Below, piece after piece: positions 1 to 9,307 of a DNA stretch of 64,000 nucleotides. Each line of letters begins with the position of its first letter. Within the stretch, counting starts at the first letter, position 1. The notes beneath the pieces were generated by a model. That model had not been told where the DNA came from and did no database searches. It saw only the letters and a program-made list of their open reading frames with translations. A program made the position numbers and the translations under genes. Source of the stretch: a virus; the IMG/VR virus record IMGVR_UViG_3300038417_000475, positions 21,152 through 85,151 of that record; one strand, given 5' to 3'.

Positions 1-284
1 ATCTATGTAGTGGCCGACAGGGAGCAAACCTGCACTCACTGTCAGGGAACGATTGAACCTGCGTGCTCAGAGGAAACTCTGCCAGAAGATGCACGCCTGT
101 GTAGGGCAGGGTACGTCTGGACAAGGCCAGAAGATCAGAAGGTGATGGATCAGTGTCCTGACTGCCAGTTCTTCCCTGAGAACTGTGCGGAGAGCAAACA
201 GACACCCTGCCAGTATTGGGCAACGTAAGCAACCTCATGTCGAGTGACAGAGGAATAGATAGAGAAGGAGCAGGAGTTGAGAGA

Positions 285-1190
285 ATGAAAGCATGGCGAA
301 ACACGGCAATCGTTATGGGAGTTATGACCATCCCTGTGAAGCTGTACTCTGCTACAAGCGATCACGATATGGAGCGGCATAATCTCCACGCCAAAGACGG
401 CGGAAGGGCAAAGCAGGGAAGCAAATTCTGTAGCAAGTGCAAGGCCGATTTAGATGATACGAACACGGTGAAGGGCTACGAGGTCGGCAAGGATAGAGAT
501 ATCATCCTGACTCCGCAGGAGCTTGCCACCATCAGCCTCAAGTCGGCCAAGGCAGTTGAGATCGTGGAGTTTACCGCCAGTGACAAGGTTGACCCACGGA
601 TGCCTGAGAATCACTACTTCGTTGCACCAGAGGACATGGGGAAGAAGGGCTTCTCCATCCTGCTGGAGACGATGCAGGACACGGGGCTGTTTGCCATCGG
701 CAGGGTAGTCTTCAGTGAGACCAAGGAGACCCTTGTCCTGATGCGACCCTTCGGCCACGTCCTGATGCTGCACACGCTGGCATGGGCTGATGAGCTGAGG
801 GATGCCTCAGAGCTTACCGATACCACCGTGGCAATCTCCGACAAAGAGCGTGAGCTTGGCAAGATGCTGGTGGAAGTTATGGTCGGCGATGGTGACATTA
901 GCAAGTTCCACGACCAGTATCAGGAACAGCTCAGGGCTTTGATCGAGACGAAGGGGTTGGGCGGTGTCATCGAAGTCCAGCCAGAACGTACTGAGGAACA
1001 GGTGGCGGCTGTGGATGCAGCGGAGCAGCTCCTGGCGAGCATTGTGGCGGTACAGAAGAGTCAGAAGAGCAAGGGCACAGTTCTCCGGGCTGGCGAAGGG
1101 GAAGTCCCCACGGAGTTGGAGCCTGAGTTGTCGCCCAAGCCGAAGAAAACGGCCAAGGCGAAACGCTCTGCCAAAACAGTAGCAGCTTAG
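285..1190 (+). CDS. ku: Ku protein (NHEJ DNA end-binding)
   Basis: N-terminal 'MKAWRNTAIVMGVMTIPVKLYSAT', 'VKGYE', 'LHTLAWADELR', 'FHDQYQEQLRALIETK' match prokaryotic Ku; basic C-tail; SD (AGGAG) favours ATG 285. Confidence 0.9.
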   Translation: MKAWRNTAIVMGVMTIPVKLYSATSDHDMERHNLHAKDGGRAKQGSKFCSKCKADLDDTNTVKGYEVGKDRDIILTPQELATISLKSAKAVEIVEFTASDKVDPRMPENHYFVAPEDMGKKGFSILLETMQDTGLFAIGRVVFSETKETLVLMRPFGHVLMLHTLAWADELRDASELTDTTVAISDKERELGKMLVEVMVGDGDISKFHDQYQEQLRALIETKGLGGVIEVQPERTEEQVAAVDAAEQLLASIVAVQKSQKSKGTVLRAGEGEVPTELEPELSPKPKKTAKAKRSAKTVAA

Positions 1191-1350
1191 TGAGACTAGA
1201 CTGCGTTCGGATTGAGCCTAGCCCTTTGCGCTAGGATTGAGCCTGACCCTCTAGCCTCTCACGTCAGGGCGAGTCCGTAGACACCGTGTCATTGACACAG
1301 ATGCCAGCGGAACGCCCTGCGGTGAGCGACTAGCTCGAAAGGGGGTCTAT

Positions 1351-1524
1351 ATGGAAATACCTGTCGTAGTGCAGGCTTCCAGTCTCGCCTATCCTCTGGA
1401 AGAGGAAGACTTCTTTGCGGAAGAGCGACTCCGCAAGGAGATGGGAAATCAGGAAGCCCGCCATCTGGATGATGGCGATGAGTGGCCTTGCCAGCATCTT
1501 TCTACCAATGGGGGTGGGCTATGA
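1351..1524 (+). CDS. small acidic hypothetical protein (57 aa, not in ORF track)
   Basis: GGGGG SD before ATG; stop overlaps ligase ATG (ATGA). Confidence 0.4.
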   Translation: MEIPVVVQASSLAYPLEEEDFFAEERLRKEMGNQEARHLDDGDEWPCQHLSTNGGGL

Positions 1525-2423
1525 ATCTACCGATGAAGTGCCAGAAGCAGAAGAAACCCTTCAGCTCCAGCCGACATCTCTTTGAGCCAAAGGTGGACGG
1601 TTGGCGGTTGAGGATGGTCACCAAGACAGAGTATGGTCAGGTCGAGCTGGATGGAGAGGTGGCTGTCCTGGATGCCCAGGGCGTGCCCCGCCTTCACCTT
1701 GTCCAGCAAAGAGGACAGGACGATCCCCTGTTTCTCAAGACAGCCATGCGGGATTACCCCGCCCTGTTCTTTGGGTTCGATATCCTTCAGTGTGGGGGCA
1801 GGGGTGATCTACACCTGACTCCCCTCAAGACTCGAAAACGGATACTGACGGATATTTGGCCTGCTCTGAGGAAGAACGGCGTTCATCTCTACAGCAAGAA
1901 CGGGCATGATATAACAGGCCGCTTCCCTGAGCTGGGCGATCCCCGGAATTGCAAGCTCCTGTCCTGGGTTGAGGGAGATGGGGAAGCACTTTTCGAGAAA
2001 CTCTGTCTTGCTGGTTGGGAAGGCGTGGTGGGCAAAGAGCTGGAGTCGCCATACCTCTACGACAGCAGGACGAAGCTCTGGATCGCCTCCAAGAGGCCGA
2101 AGATCGAGGGGGATTTCGTCATCTGCGGTGCTACCCTGGGCAAGGGAAACCGTGAGGGCTTGGTCGGCTCCCTGATACTCGGAGAGCCAACGTCTAGGGG
2201 ACTGATCTACATGGGAGAGGCCGGCACAGGACTCGGCTTCGCCGATCTGCGAAGGTTGACCGAGAAGCTGTCCCGCAAGGATGCCTGTCCCTTTACTGAC
2301 AGGCCGAAGATCGACGGATTCTGGTTCTGGTCTGCGCCCACAGTCAAGGTGGAGATCGCCTATGTCGAGCGCACCAAGGATAACAAGCTGCGGGAGCCGG
2401 TGATAAAGCGCCCGCCGATGTGA
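1521..2423 (+). CDS. ATP-dependent DNA ligase (LigD/LigC-type ligase+OB domains), motif order permuted
   Basis: EPKVDGWR (I), LDGE (III), FGFD (IIIa), EGVVGK (IV), WIASK (V), OB fold GSLILG/GEAGTG/LREP. Confidence 0.9.
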   Translation: MNLPMKCQKQKKPFSSSRHLFEPKVDGWRLRMVTKTEYGQVELDGEVAVLDAQGVPRLHLVQQRGQDDPLFLKTAMRDYPALFFGFDILQCGGRGDLHLTPLKTRKRILTDIWPALRKNGVHLYSKNGHDITGRFPELGDPRNCKLLSWVEGDGEALFEKLCLAGWEGVVGKELESPYLYDSRTKLWIASKRPKIEGDFVICGATLGKGNREGLVGSLILGEPTSRGLIYMGEAGTGLGFADLRRLTEKLSRKDACPFTDRPKIDGFWFWSAPTVKVEIAYVERTKDNKLREPVIKRPPM

Positions 2424-2462
2424 AACGCTCTGAAAGTGGAGATGAAACGAAGGGGGTGAAGT

Positions 2463-2723
2463 ATGACACTGGTACAACTGCTGGACAAAGCCAACGAAGG
2501 GTATGATGACCATTTCCTGTCCGAGTTCTACAACAGGAAGACCGGCAAATTCAAGCCGAGGGCCAAGGGGGATGGGCTGGCCCGCTTCATCGTTCTGGAG
2601 ATCATGCAGACCTTTGACGAGAAGGCTAAGGATGCGGACCAGCTACAGGAAGCACTCAAGCTGATGGAGAACGCCAGGGATGATGTCCAGAGGGTAATTC
2701 AGGCCCTGGAACAATATACGTGA
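2463..2723 (+). CDS. hypothetical protein
   Basis: SD GGGGTG, phage-like 'GDGLARFIVLEI'. Confidence 0.65.
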   Translation: MTLVQLLDKANEGYDDHFLSEFYNRKTGKFKPRAKGDGLARFIVLEIMQTFDEKAKDADQLQEALKLMENARDDVQRVIQALEQYT

Positions 2724-3003
2724 AGGGGTGACGTGATGATTTATCATTATGAGCACCGCTATCCAAAAGAGATGAAGATGGTGCCTGGTTCAAAGAACAG
2801 AGTACAAGTGAATATCAAAGGGGAGAAGCGTGAGCAGTGCCTGCATTGCGGTAGCTTAAGATCATGTGAACATGATCTATGAGGGGTGAGTACATGATGG
2901 AATTATTTTGTGACGGATGTGGAGAGAAAATTGAGCAGGGGCAGGCGGTTGCCCGACATCTGGCCATATTCCGGCGCGCTTCAGTGTAGTCCCCCCCTCG
3001 TCA

Positions 3004-3054
3004 AATTATGTCAACTTTGTCTCAGCGATCAGTAATATAGGGAGATTTTCCTCT
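3004..3054 (+). repeat. ~50-bp imperfect direct repeat copy 1 (putative early promoter/operator)
   Basis: AATTATGTCAAC-N6-CTCAGCGATyAGTAATATAG..TTTTCCTCT, also at 5264-5313. Confidence 0.75.
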
Positions 3055-3123
3055 CCAGTATATGACTAGCAGTAATATCGCAGAGGTGAGCAGGGCTGGT
3101 ATAAAGCCTTCACCCCTTCGGAA

Positions 3124-3227
3124 AGCCCCATCCAGAGAAAATCCTCGTCTCAGCTGGCCTCCACTCGACCATCTGAAATAACCGAGGTCTCGTGGATGGG
3201 GCTAACTGGGTTGTAAGGGTCTTCAGA
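3124..3227 (+). ncRNA. putative structured RNA in leader of beta-clamp gene
   Basis: AGCCCCATCCA (3124) pairs with TGGATGGGGCT (3193); loop ATCTGAA complementary to downstream TTCAGAT. Confidence 0.4.
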
Positions 3228-3266
3228 TAACAGAATCAAAATTTTGGAAAGGAGCGTGAAAGACAG

Positions 3267-4514
3267 ATGAAGGCAACCCTGAAAACTGCTGACCTGTTGG
3301 GCGTGCTCAACAGAGTCAAGCCCTGCTTAGGGAAACGGGAACCCTATGCAGCGTACCACCTGGCCACCGCTGACGGTGTAGTGCTGGTCATCGGCAACGG
3401 CGGCGATTCTGCCCTGATGGGTAAGATCAAGGCAACCATAACCAGCAAGGGTGAGACCACCCTGCCTCCGGGAGCAGTGGAGTTCCTGAAGGCACAAGCC
3501 TCTGCCACTGTGACCGTCTCCACCGTACACAAGACGGAAGAGAAGAAGGTCATGGGCCAGGGGCATTGGGAGAATGGTCACTACGTGCAGGGAGAAGAGG
3601 CGCTTCAGACAGTCCACACCTGGAAAGTGAATCTGGAAGCCGGCAACTCCCGCATCTCCTACCCTGCGGCAGATCCCAAGGATATCCCGGAGCTGCCCAT
3701 GCCCCTCAAGACGCTGCCCAAGCTGGAGCAGCCTCTAGTGCTGAAGGACTTCGGCGCTGCGCTCTCTGAGGTGTCCTATGCCGTAGCAGCCAAGAATGAC
3801 TCACGGCCTATCCTGACCTGCGTTGCTATGGCGCCTGATGCCAAGGGTGTGGCTCTGATAGCCAGCGATGGATTCCGTCTGGCCAAGACATCCATCAAGG
3901 GCAGTGTTCCCTCTACCTTTGCCGTCGACGGCGACCTGTTAGCTATCTTGCAGAAGTTCGGGAAGACCAAGTTCTCCTGCAAGAAGGTCCAGATAGCTAA
4001 AGAGAGGGTACAGTGGGTGCTCGTCTTCGAGAGCGACGGCCTGACGGTAATGACCTGCAATGCCGGCGACTTCCCTAAGTGGGAGAAGTTCATCCCCGAG
4101 CATACCCGCAGGGCGCTCCGGGTGGACAACCTTGAGTTCAAGGATGCCATCAGGACAGCGATATCGGCTGTCGGCTCGCAGGGCACTATCCGCCTGATCG
4201 GAAAGGGCAAGACACTGAGAGTGATCGGCCTCTCCGACCAGACACAGGCAGAGGTCAAGATCCCGTCCAAGGGACGGATACAGCAGGCTTATCAGGCCAA
4301 CCATCTGCTGGCTGTTCTCAGCAGAGTGGGAGAGAGGGTGGATATCCTCCATGACACGGAAGCCAAGGATGGGAAGCCGACTCCTGCCATTGTGCGGAGC
4401 AACGGCAGCACCCACCTGATGTGTGCCCGTGAGGTTGCGGAATGGACCAAGGCTGACGTCAAGGCAGAGGTTCAGGCTCCAGAGGTCGAGGATCTGGAAG
4501 AAGTTCCAGCCTAA
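3267..4514 (+). CDS. DNA polymerase III beta sliding clamp-like protein
   Basis: 'SYAVAAKNDSRPILTCV', 'LIASDGFRLA', 'FPKWEKFIP' are DnaN-family signatures. Confidence 0.8.
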   Translation: MKATLKTADLLGVLNRVKPCLGKREPYAAYHLATADGVVLVIGNGGDSALMGKIKATITSKGETTLPPGAVEFLKAQASATVTVSTVHKTEEKKVMGQGHWENGHYVQGEEALQTVHTWKVNLEAGNSRISYPAADPKDIPELPMPLKTLPKLEQPLVLKDFGAALSEVSYAVAAKNDSRPILTCVAMAPDAKGVALIASDGFRLAKTSIKGSVPSTFAVDGDLLAILQKFGKTKFSCKKVQIAKERVQWVLVFESDGLTVMTCNAGDFPKWEKFIPEHTRRALRVDNLEFKDAIRTAISAVGSQGTIRLIGKGKTLRVIGLSDQTQAEVKIPSKGRIQQAYQANHLLAVLSRVGERVDILHDTEAKDGKPTPAIVRSNGSTHLMCAREVAEWTKADVKAEVQAPEVEDLEEVPA

Positions 4515-4552
4515 AGGTAGTTTAGTCAATAGGCTAAGGAAGGAGCATCATC

Positions 4553-4936
4553 ATGATAAAGTGGGACCCTGTTCTAGTGATAGACAGATGCAATGAGGCT
4601 GAGGCGATACTGGCCGAAGCCCTCCCCATCATCCAGAGAGCAGCCGCGAAACTTGAGGAAGTGGGGCAGATCCAGGGCATGCCTCAGTACATCACGCAGC
4701 CGGTGGCCAATGCCAGGGCTTCGGTCGAGAACTGCGGGCGCAGGACCAAGCAGGACATCGAGATGGTTCGGAGTCATGTGCCCAAGAAGGAACTGGAGCG
4801 ATGGCGCTTCAAGGGCAAGGCGACGAGTCTCGGCCTTAAGGTCGTGCCCGGCACCAAACCGTACCAATACCACCCTCCCCGGGATACCACACCAGGATTC
4901 GACGGAACACGGCAAACGTCCCTGGTCGGGCGATGA
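4553..4936 (+). CDS. hypothetical protein
   Basis: SD AAGGAG; ATGA-coupled to next ORF. Confidence 0.65.
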   Translation: MIKWDPVLVIDRCNEAEAILAEALPIIQRAAAKLEEVGQIQGMPQYITQPVANARASVENCGRRTKQDIEMVRSHVPKKELERWRFKGKATSLGLKVVPGTKPYQYHPPRDTTPGFDGTRQTSLVGR

Positions 4937-5253
4937 CCGCCCCGGTAGCGGAGATCAAGAACCTCAAAGCGTTTCCGAAGTTGCTCCATATGACCCATGG
5001 AGAGGACGGCGAGCGTGAGTGGTGGGACTGGCATAAGGACAGCAAAAAGGTAGTCATACAGCGCCGCATCAAGACCCCGAAGACCACTTGGACAGTGTAC
5101 TTTCTCAATGGGGGAGAGATCGGCTGTCTATATGAAGACGATACGATGAAGAGGTCTGTCGGCGGTGAAGTTGAGACGTGTGTCTCTGCGTTGGCAGAGC
5201 TTGGCTTCAAGGTCGTTTTCCCTCAATCCCTGTTTGACAACGACAGGGACTGA
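4933..5253 (+). CDS. hypothetical protein
   Basis: coupled ORF in + operon. Confidence 0.6.
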   Translation: MTAPVAEIKNLKAFPKLLHMTHGEDGEREWWDWHKDSKKVVIQRRIKTPKTTWTVYFLNGGEIGCLYEDDTMKRSVGGEVETCVSALAELGFKVVFPQSLFDNDRD

Positions 5254-5263
5254 AACACGGTTG

Positions 5264-5313
5264 AATTATGTCAACCTAGGCTCAGCGATTAGTAATATAG
5301 AGGGTTTTCCTCT
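5264..5313 (+). repeat. ~50-bp imperfect direct repeat copy 2
   Basis: matches 3004-3054; directly upstream of ATPase SD. Confidence 0.75.
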
Positions 5314-5328
5314 GTGGAAAGGAGCTTA

Positions 5329-6168
5329 GTGAGTCCAGAGTTTGTAAAGAAACTCGCTCAGTGGCGCAACCGGCACAAAGAGAGATGGGCCAAGGCTCTG
5401 CTTTCTTCTCCGATTCAGACCACCATGAGAAGGATAGTCCGCCCCGAAGGCGTACTCCTCATCATGGGCAGCCGGAGATCGGGGAAGACCGGCCTGGCCA
5501 TGGAGATCATGGACGATTTCCACGACCGCAAGAATATCCCTGGTGCGGTGTGCTATCCGCAGGAGCATAAGAAGCTGAAGAAGCTCCTGCCCCGGTGGGT
5601 CAAGGTGGTAACAAGGCTCAAAGACCTGCCTCCCAACTCGATCTGCGTTGTGGACGAGGCCTCACAGGTAGCCCATGCCAGACGGACTTCCAGCGGAGCT
5701 GCGGTTGATCTGGATGCGCTGGTGGCGATCTCCGAGCAGAAGCACCAGTTGATCATCTTCATCACCCACCATTCCAGGAAGTTCGACATCAACGATGTCC
5801 ACGGTTCCGACATGATCATCTGGAAGATGCCAACGCTGGCCGATACCATGTGGGAGAGGGAAGAGCTACAGATGTATGTGCTGCGGGCCTGGGAATTTTT
5901 CGAGGCTCTGCCGCATGCCAGAGAGTCAGGGAAGTTCAGCCTGCAACAGCTTAAGGCCTGCTACGTCATGAACCTCAAGCGGATGGAGTTCTACACCTTC
6001 AAGAACGGACTCCCGAAGTGGTGGACGAATGAGCTGAGCACGGTCTTCAAGCTGTTCGAGGATCTGGACCCGAACGGAAAGGGGGCGGTCAAGGCCAAGG
6101 AAGTTGAAGCGAAGGTAGTCAAGCGGAAGAAGAAATCAAGGAAGAAGGAGGCCAAGAAGAAGCGATGA
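5329..6168 (+). CDS. P-loop ATPase (FtsK/HerA/Zot-like, possible packaging ATPase)
   Basis: Walker A GSRRSGKT, Walker B CVVDEA, 'IIFITH'; SD AAGGAG before GTG 5329. Confidence 0.75.
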   Translation: MSPEFVKKLAQWRNRHKERWAKALLSSPIQTTMRRIVRPEGVLLIMGSRRSGKTGLAMEIMDDFHDRKNIPGAVCYPQEHKKLKKLLPRWVKVVTRLKDLPPNSICVVDEASQVAHARRTSSGAAVDLDALVAISEQKHQLIIFITHHSRKFDINDVHGSDMIIWKMPTLADTMWEREELQMYVLRAWEFFEALPHARESGKFSLQQLKACYVMNLKRMEFYTFKNGLPKWWTNELSTVFKLFEDLDPNGKGAVKAKEVEAKVVKRKKKSRKKEAKKKR

Positions 6169-7145
6169 CCAAAGAAGAAGTAATGCAAAGCATCGGGAGA
6201 GTCGCCGACCTGAAGCCCCGGGTAGTGGACTCGGCCACTCCGAGGGTTGTCATGATCGGAACGGAGCAGCTTGCCATCAAGCCGTCCTCCGGCTCGAAGT
6301 CAATCCCGCTCTCAAATGCGGGCTCTGATAGCCTGATGCACCTCGTGGGGATGTCCAACAAGATGCGCAAGGATCTCAGTGGTGGGACATTCCTCAAGGC
6401 AGCCAGTGAGCTGCTCGCCGCCCAGGGCCAGTTTGTTGTCCTGACAAAGGATGACATAGGCCATGATTTTGTGGGCGGGAAACACTACCACGCAGTTGAC
6501 CCGGAGAGGGCGCTGCGCACTATGGAAAGCCTGGAGATCACGAATTACCACCGTTGCTATCCGCTGGCAGAGAAACGGGCAGTGGTGATCGAAGCTGTCG
6601 GGCCGAGGATAGAGAGCGTGGTGGTCGGAGACAGGGTTCAGGCTGGCGTTCAAGTCTCTTTCAGCCCCTTTGGGGTTATTGCGCCGGCTGTCTCGTCCTT
6701 CAGCCTGCGGCTGGTCTGCACCAACGGTGCCGCAATCCAGGAAATTGAAGACACGTTCAAGGATACCGGCGGCAGCCGCGATGCGAACGGGTTTTGGGAC
6801 TGGTTCAGGAAGAACGTCAAGACGGCCTATAATGAGATCGGCCCTATGACGGAAAGATTCAAGGGGATGCGAGATCACCGGATTACTCCGAAGGACAGGG
6901 CCGGTGCCATCGAGGGGATCATCCGGCAGGGACACCTTGAGGAACTGTCTGAGGCTATCCACGCCCGGGCTCTGCAGGAGCCGCCCCACAATGCCTGGGA
7001 TCTGTTGAATCTGGTCACCTGGGCTGGCACCCATGCTTCAGGGGGTGACTATCAGCTGGTCCGCAGGGCGAACAAGGCAGCGACAACGTTCTCCACAAAC
7101 GTCAGTGTTCACAGGGTCTGCCCTCTGTGCAACTCACAGAACTAG
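6165..7145 (+). CDS. DUF932-like protein
   Basis: 'LRLVCTNGA' and 'NAWDLLNLVT' motifs. Confidence 0.65.
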   Translation: MTKEEVMQSIGRVADLKPRVVDSATPRVVMIGTEQLAIKPSSGSKSIPLSNAGSDSLMHLVGMSNKMRKDLSGGTFLKAASELLAAQGQFVVLTKDDIGHDFVGGKHYHAVDPERALRTMESLEITNYHRCYPLAEKRAVVIEAVGPRIESVVVGDRVQAGVQVSFSPFGVIAPAVSSFSLRLVCTNGAAIQEIEDTFKDTGGSRDANGFWDWFRKNVKTAYNEIGPMTERFKGMRDHRITPKDRAGAIEGIIRQGHLEELSEAIHARALQEPPHNAWDLLNLVTWAGTHASGGDYQLVRRANKAATTFSTNVSVHRVCPLCNSQN

Positions 7146-7147
7146 CT

Positions 7148-7368
7148 CATACAGTCTGGGCCATTCAGAGAATGACTCAGACGTATGGCCTGGTCGCCAG
7201 GGCCGAGTGCGGTAGACCGATATTCGCGCGTGGGCATGACCGTCCGGCCCTGACGCCTGGTCGCTGGCTGTGTGTGCGAGGTGTAAGAAGATGAGTCTCC
7301 TTACGGAACAGCTTGACTCCTTCAGGGCTTAAAGCTCTGACAAAGCATAGGCCTTGGTCACAGCCAGC
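7148..7368 (+). ncRNA. putative multi-stem structured RNA
   Basis: three long stems separated by two identical GCCTGGTCGC linkers (7188, 7255). Confidence 0.45.
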
Positions 7369-7383
7369 CGAAAGAGAGGACGA

Positions 7384-7605
7384 ATGATCATCAGAATAGG
7401 TAAGTTCTTCCTGACTTGTCATCTCTGGTGGAGTGCCTGGTGTCTAGGAGGGGCAATCTATTCACTCGTGGTGAGAGACCACGTATGGGTAGGCATCTTT
7501 GGGGGGATGGGGCTCTACTTTGCCATTGTGAATTTGTTAAAGGTAGGCTCAAAACGAGGAGGAAAGAAGGATGAGGAGAAAGAAAGAGATCAAAGAGGCC
7601 CTTAA
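7384..7605 (+). CDS. small membrane protein
   Basis: two hydrophobic segments, GAGG SD. Confidence 0.5.
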   Translation: MIIRIGKFFLTCHLWWSAWCLGGAIYSLVVRDHVWVGIFGGMGLYFAIVNLLKVGSKRGGKKDEEKERDQRGP

Positions 7606-8029
7606 GCAGATAGCTGCGCTGGATGATGAGTGCCCGGAGAAAGCAAGGCATCAAGAGGGCCGGCTGTGCTTTGAACCCGGTCATGCTCAGAATAACAAAT
7701 GGAGAGCTGTACTGCTATGGGTGCTTGGTAATCATCCGGCACCGTGGGGCGGTGGCGATGATCCAAACCCGCTGGCCACTCCGGGTGAGACTTACACCAG
7801 GTGGGATATCTCCCGCTTGGGAGCCGGCCTGGCACACGTCAGGTATGAGACCAACGACGATAACGATGACGGTGTCCCGGATCCAGGCCTGACCGTTTGG
7901 GAGCAGAATCTTACTCTGAAGACAGCCCTGGAGCTCTGTGGCCACAAGTCCCACACTGGCGCCTATGGGCAGCCGGTGGATGTCTATATCGATGGAGAGA
8001 AGCTCCTTACCTTCTCGTCAGGTGAGTAG
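7571..8029 (+). CDS. hypothetical protein
   Basis: SD and operon context. Confidence 0.6.
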   Translation: MRRKKEIKEALKQIAALDDECPEKARHQEGRLCFEPGHAQNNKWRAVLLWVLGNHPAPWGGGDDPNPLATPGETYTRWDISRLGAGLAHVRYETNDDNDDGVPDPGLTVWEQNLTLKTALELCGHKSHTGAYGQPVDVYIDGEKLLTFSSGE

Positions 8030-8030
8030 G

Positions 8031-8291
8031 ATGCGCCGCAAGCTCTACTTCACCCAGGTATTGGATGTGCAGACCGCTTGGGGACCAGCCCGCCATCTTG
8101 TGGTCGGGCGTTATGACGGCAAGCCCGGTATCTCCTGGGATGTTCTACAGGCTTTGAAGAATGAAATGCTTGGGCCTGATGCCTGCGCCGTGGAGTTTTT
8201 TCCTCCAGCGCATAAGGTCGTCGATGAAGTGAATAGACGGCACTTGTGGGAAGTGCCCAAGGATTTGGAGCTTCCCATGAGTCCGAGATAA
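8031..8291 (+). CDS. conserved phage hypothetical protein
   Basis: 'SWDVLQALKNE..AVEFFPP..VVD..N.RHLW' recurrent phage motif. Confidence 0.7.
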   Translation: MRRKLYFTQVLDVQTAWGPARHLVVGRYDGKPGISWDVLQALKNEMLGPDACAVEFFPPAHKVVDEVNRRHLWEVPKDLELPMSPR

Positions 8292-8301
8292 GGAGGAGCA
8301 T

Positions 8302-8958
8302 TTGCCGAAGGATTTGACGGAGAGAGCAACAGAAGCTACAGAGGCGGCCAAGGAGCAATTCTGGGCGTTGATCGCTCGAGGTTTCCGGAAGCCAAGACGG
8401 GAGACGTTGATCCTCTCTCAGCTATCAGGTTCGATGACGGTCTCGGATGCCGTCCGCGAATGGGTGCTGAACAACGTACCCGGGGCCAGCATCCAGCCGG
8501 CGCATCCGGAGTCCGAACCCATCCGCTGCCCGCAGTGCAGGGCTGACAAACAAGGTATGAAGAAAGAACCGCAGGTCATGACGTTCATCTACAAGGATTA
8601 CCCGCAGAACAGCTTTGTGGCTCTGCTGGTCAGCCAGGGGCCCAAGAATTTTACTCTCAGGCTCAAGAGCATGTCTGAAGGTGGAGGCTGGCGGGAGGGT
8701 ACCTGGCAAACCGAGAAAGTGAAATACATCCTCATCACCGGCGATCGCCAGGATCTCGTCGACATGGTGAAAAAGGCCAGGGCCGACCATGAGGCAGCCC
8801 ATGAGAAACGCAGCAGGGACAGGCAAGAGGCGATACACGATTTTGAGTGCCAGTGGGACAAGGACCATCCCTACCCGCCATCCCTGGATATCCCGGGCCT
8901 TATCGCTCCCTATCTCCTAGTCCCTGGAAAGGCGGTGAATCATGATGGAAAAGCCTAA
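8302..8958 (+). CDS. hypothetical protein (probable compensating indels near 8378-8445)
   Basis: SD AAGGAGG, TTG start; alternate frame gives 'FPEAKTGDVDP'. Confidence 0.55.
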   Translation: MPKDLTERATEATEAAKEQFWALIARGFRKPRRETLILSQLSGSMTVSDAVREWVLNNVPGASIQPAHPESEPIRCPQCRADKQGMKKEPQVMTFIYKDYPQNSFVALLVSQGPKNFTLRLKSMSEGGGWREGTWQTEKVKYILITGDRQDLVDMVKKARADHEAAHEKRSRDRQEAIHDFECQWDKDHPYPPSLDIPGLIAPYLLVPGKAVNHDGKA

Positions 8959-9307
8959 GGAAGAGAGATTCATCATCCACATGGTTATCATGAAAGAGCC
9001 CACGGTGCAGGTGCACAGCCACGGCATGGAGAAGGTCGGCCAGCCCAATTTCGTTATCATCGTCCCCTCTGTCATGGGCCGGTCGGCGGCTGAGATGCTG
9101 GGCGAACTCTGCCTTCAGGTGCTCGATAAGGGTGAGAGGTTTGAAATTAATCAGGTCTGCGACCATCCCTACTGGGGCTATTGGACCTTCGATGAAGCCG
9201 ACCCGGAGCTGGTGAAGGCGGAAGGCGGGCACAAGCTCTGGAAGATTGTTCCTCTCCCCATCCCTGAGTGTGCTTGCCCCGAATGTCTACGGAAGAGGAG
9301 GAACTGA
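8942..9307 (+). CDS. hypothetical protein
   Basis: 'VHSHGMEKVGQPNF', C-terminal CxCxxC. Confidence 0.6.
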   Translation: MMEKPKEERFIIHMVIMKEPTVQVHSHGMEKVGQPNFVIIVPSVMGRSAAEMLGELCLQVLDKGERFEINQVCDHPYWGYWTFDEADPELVKAEGGHKLWKIVPLPIPECACPECLRKRRN

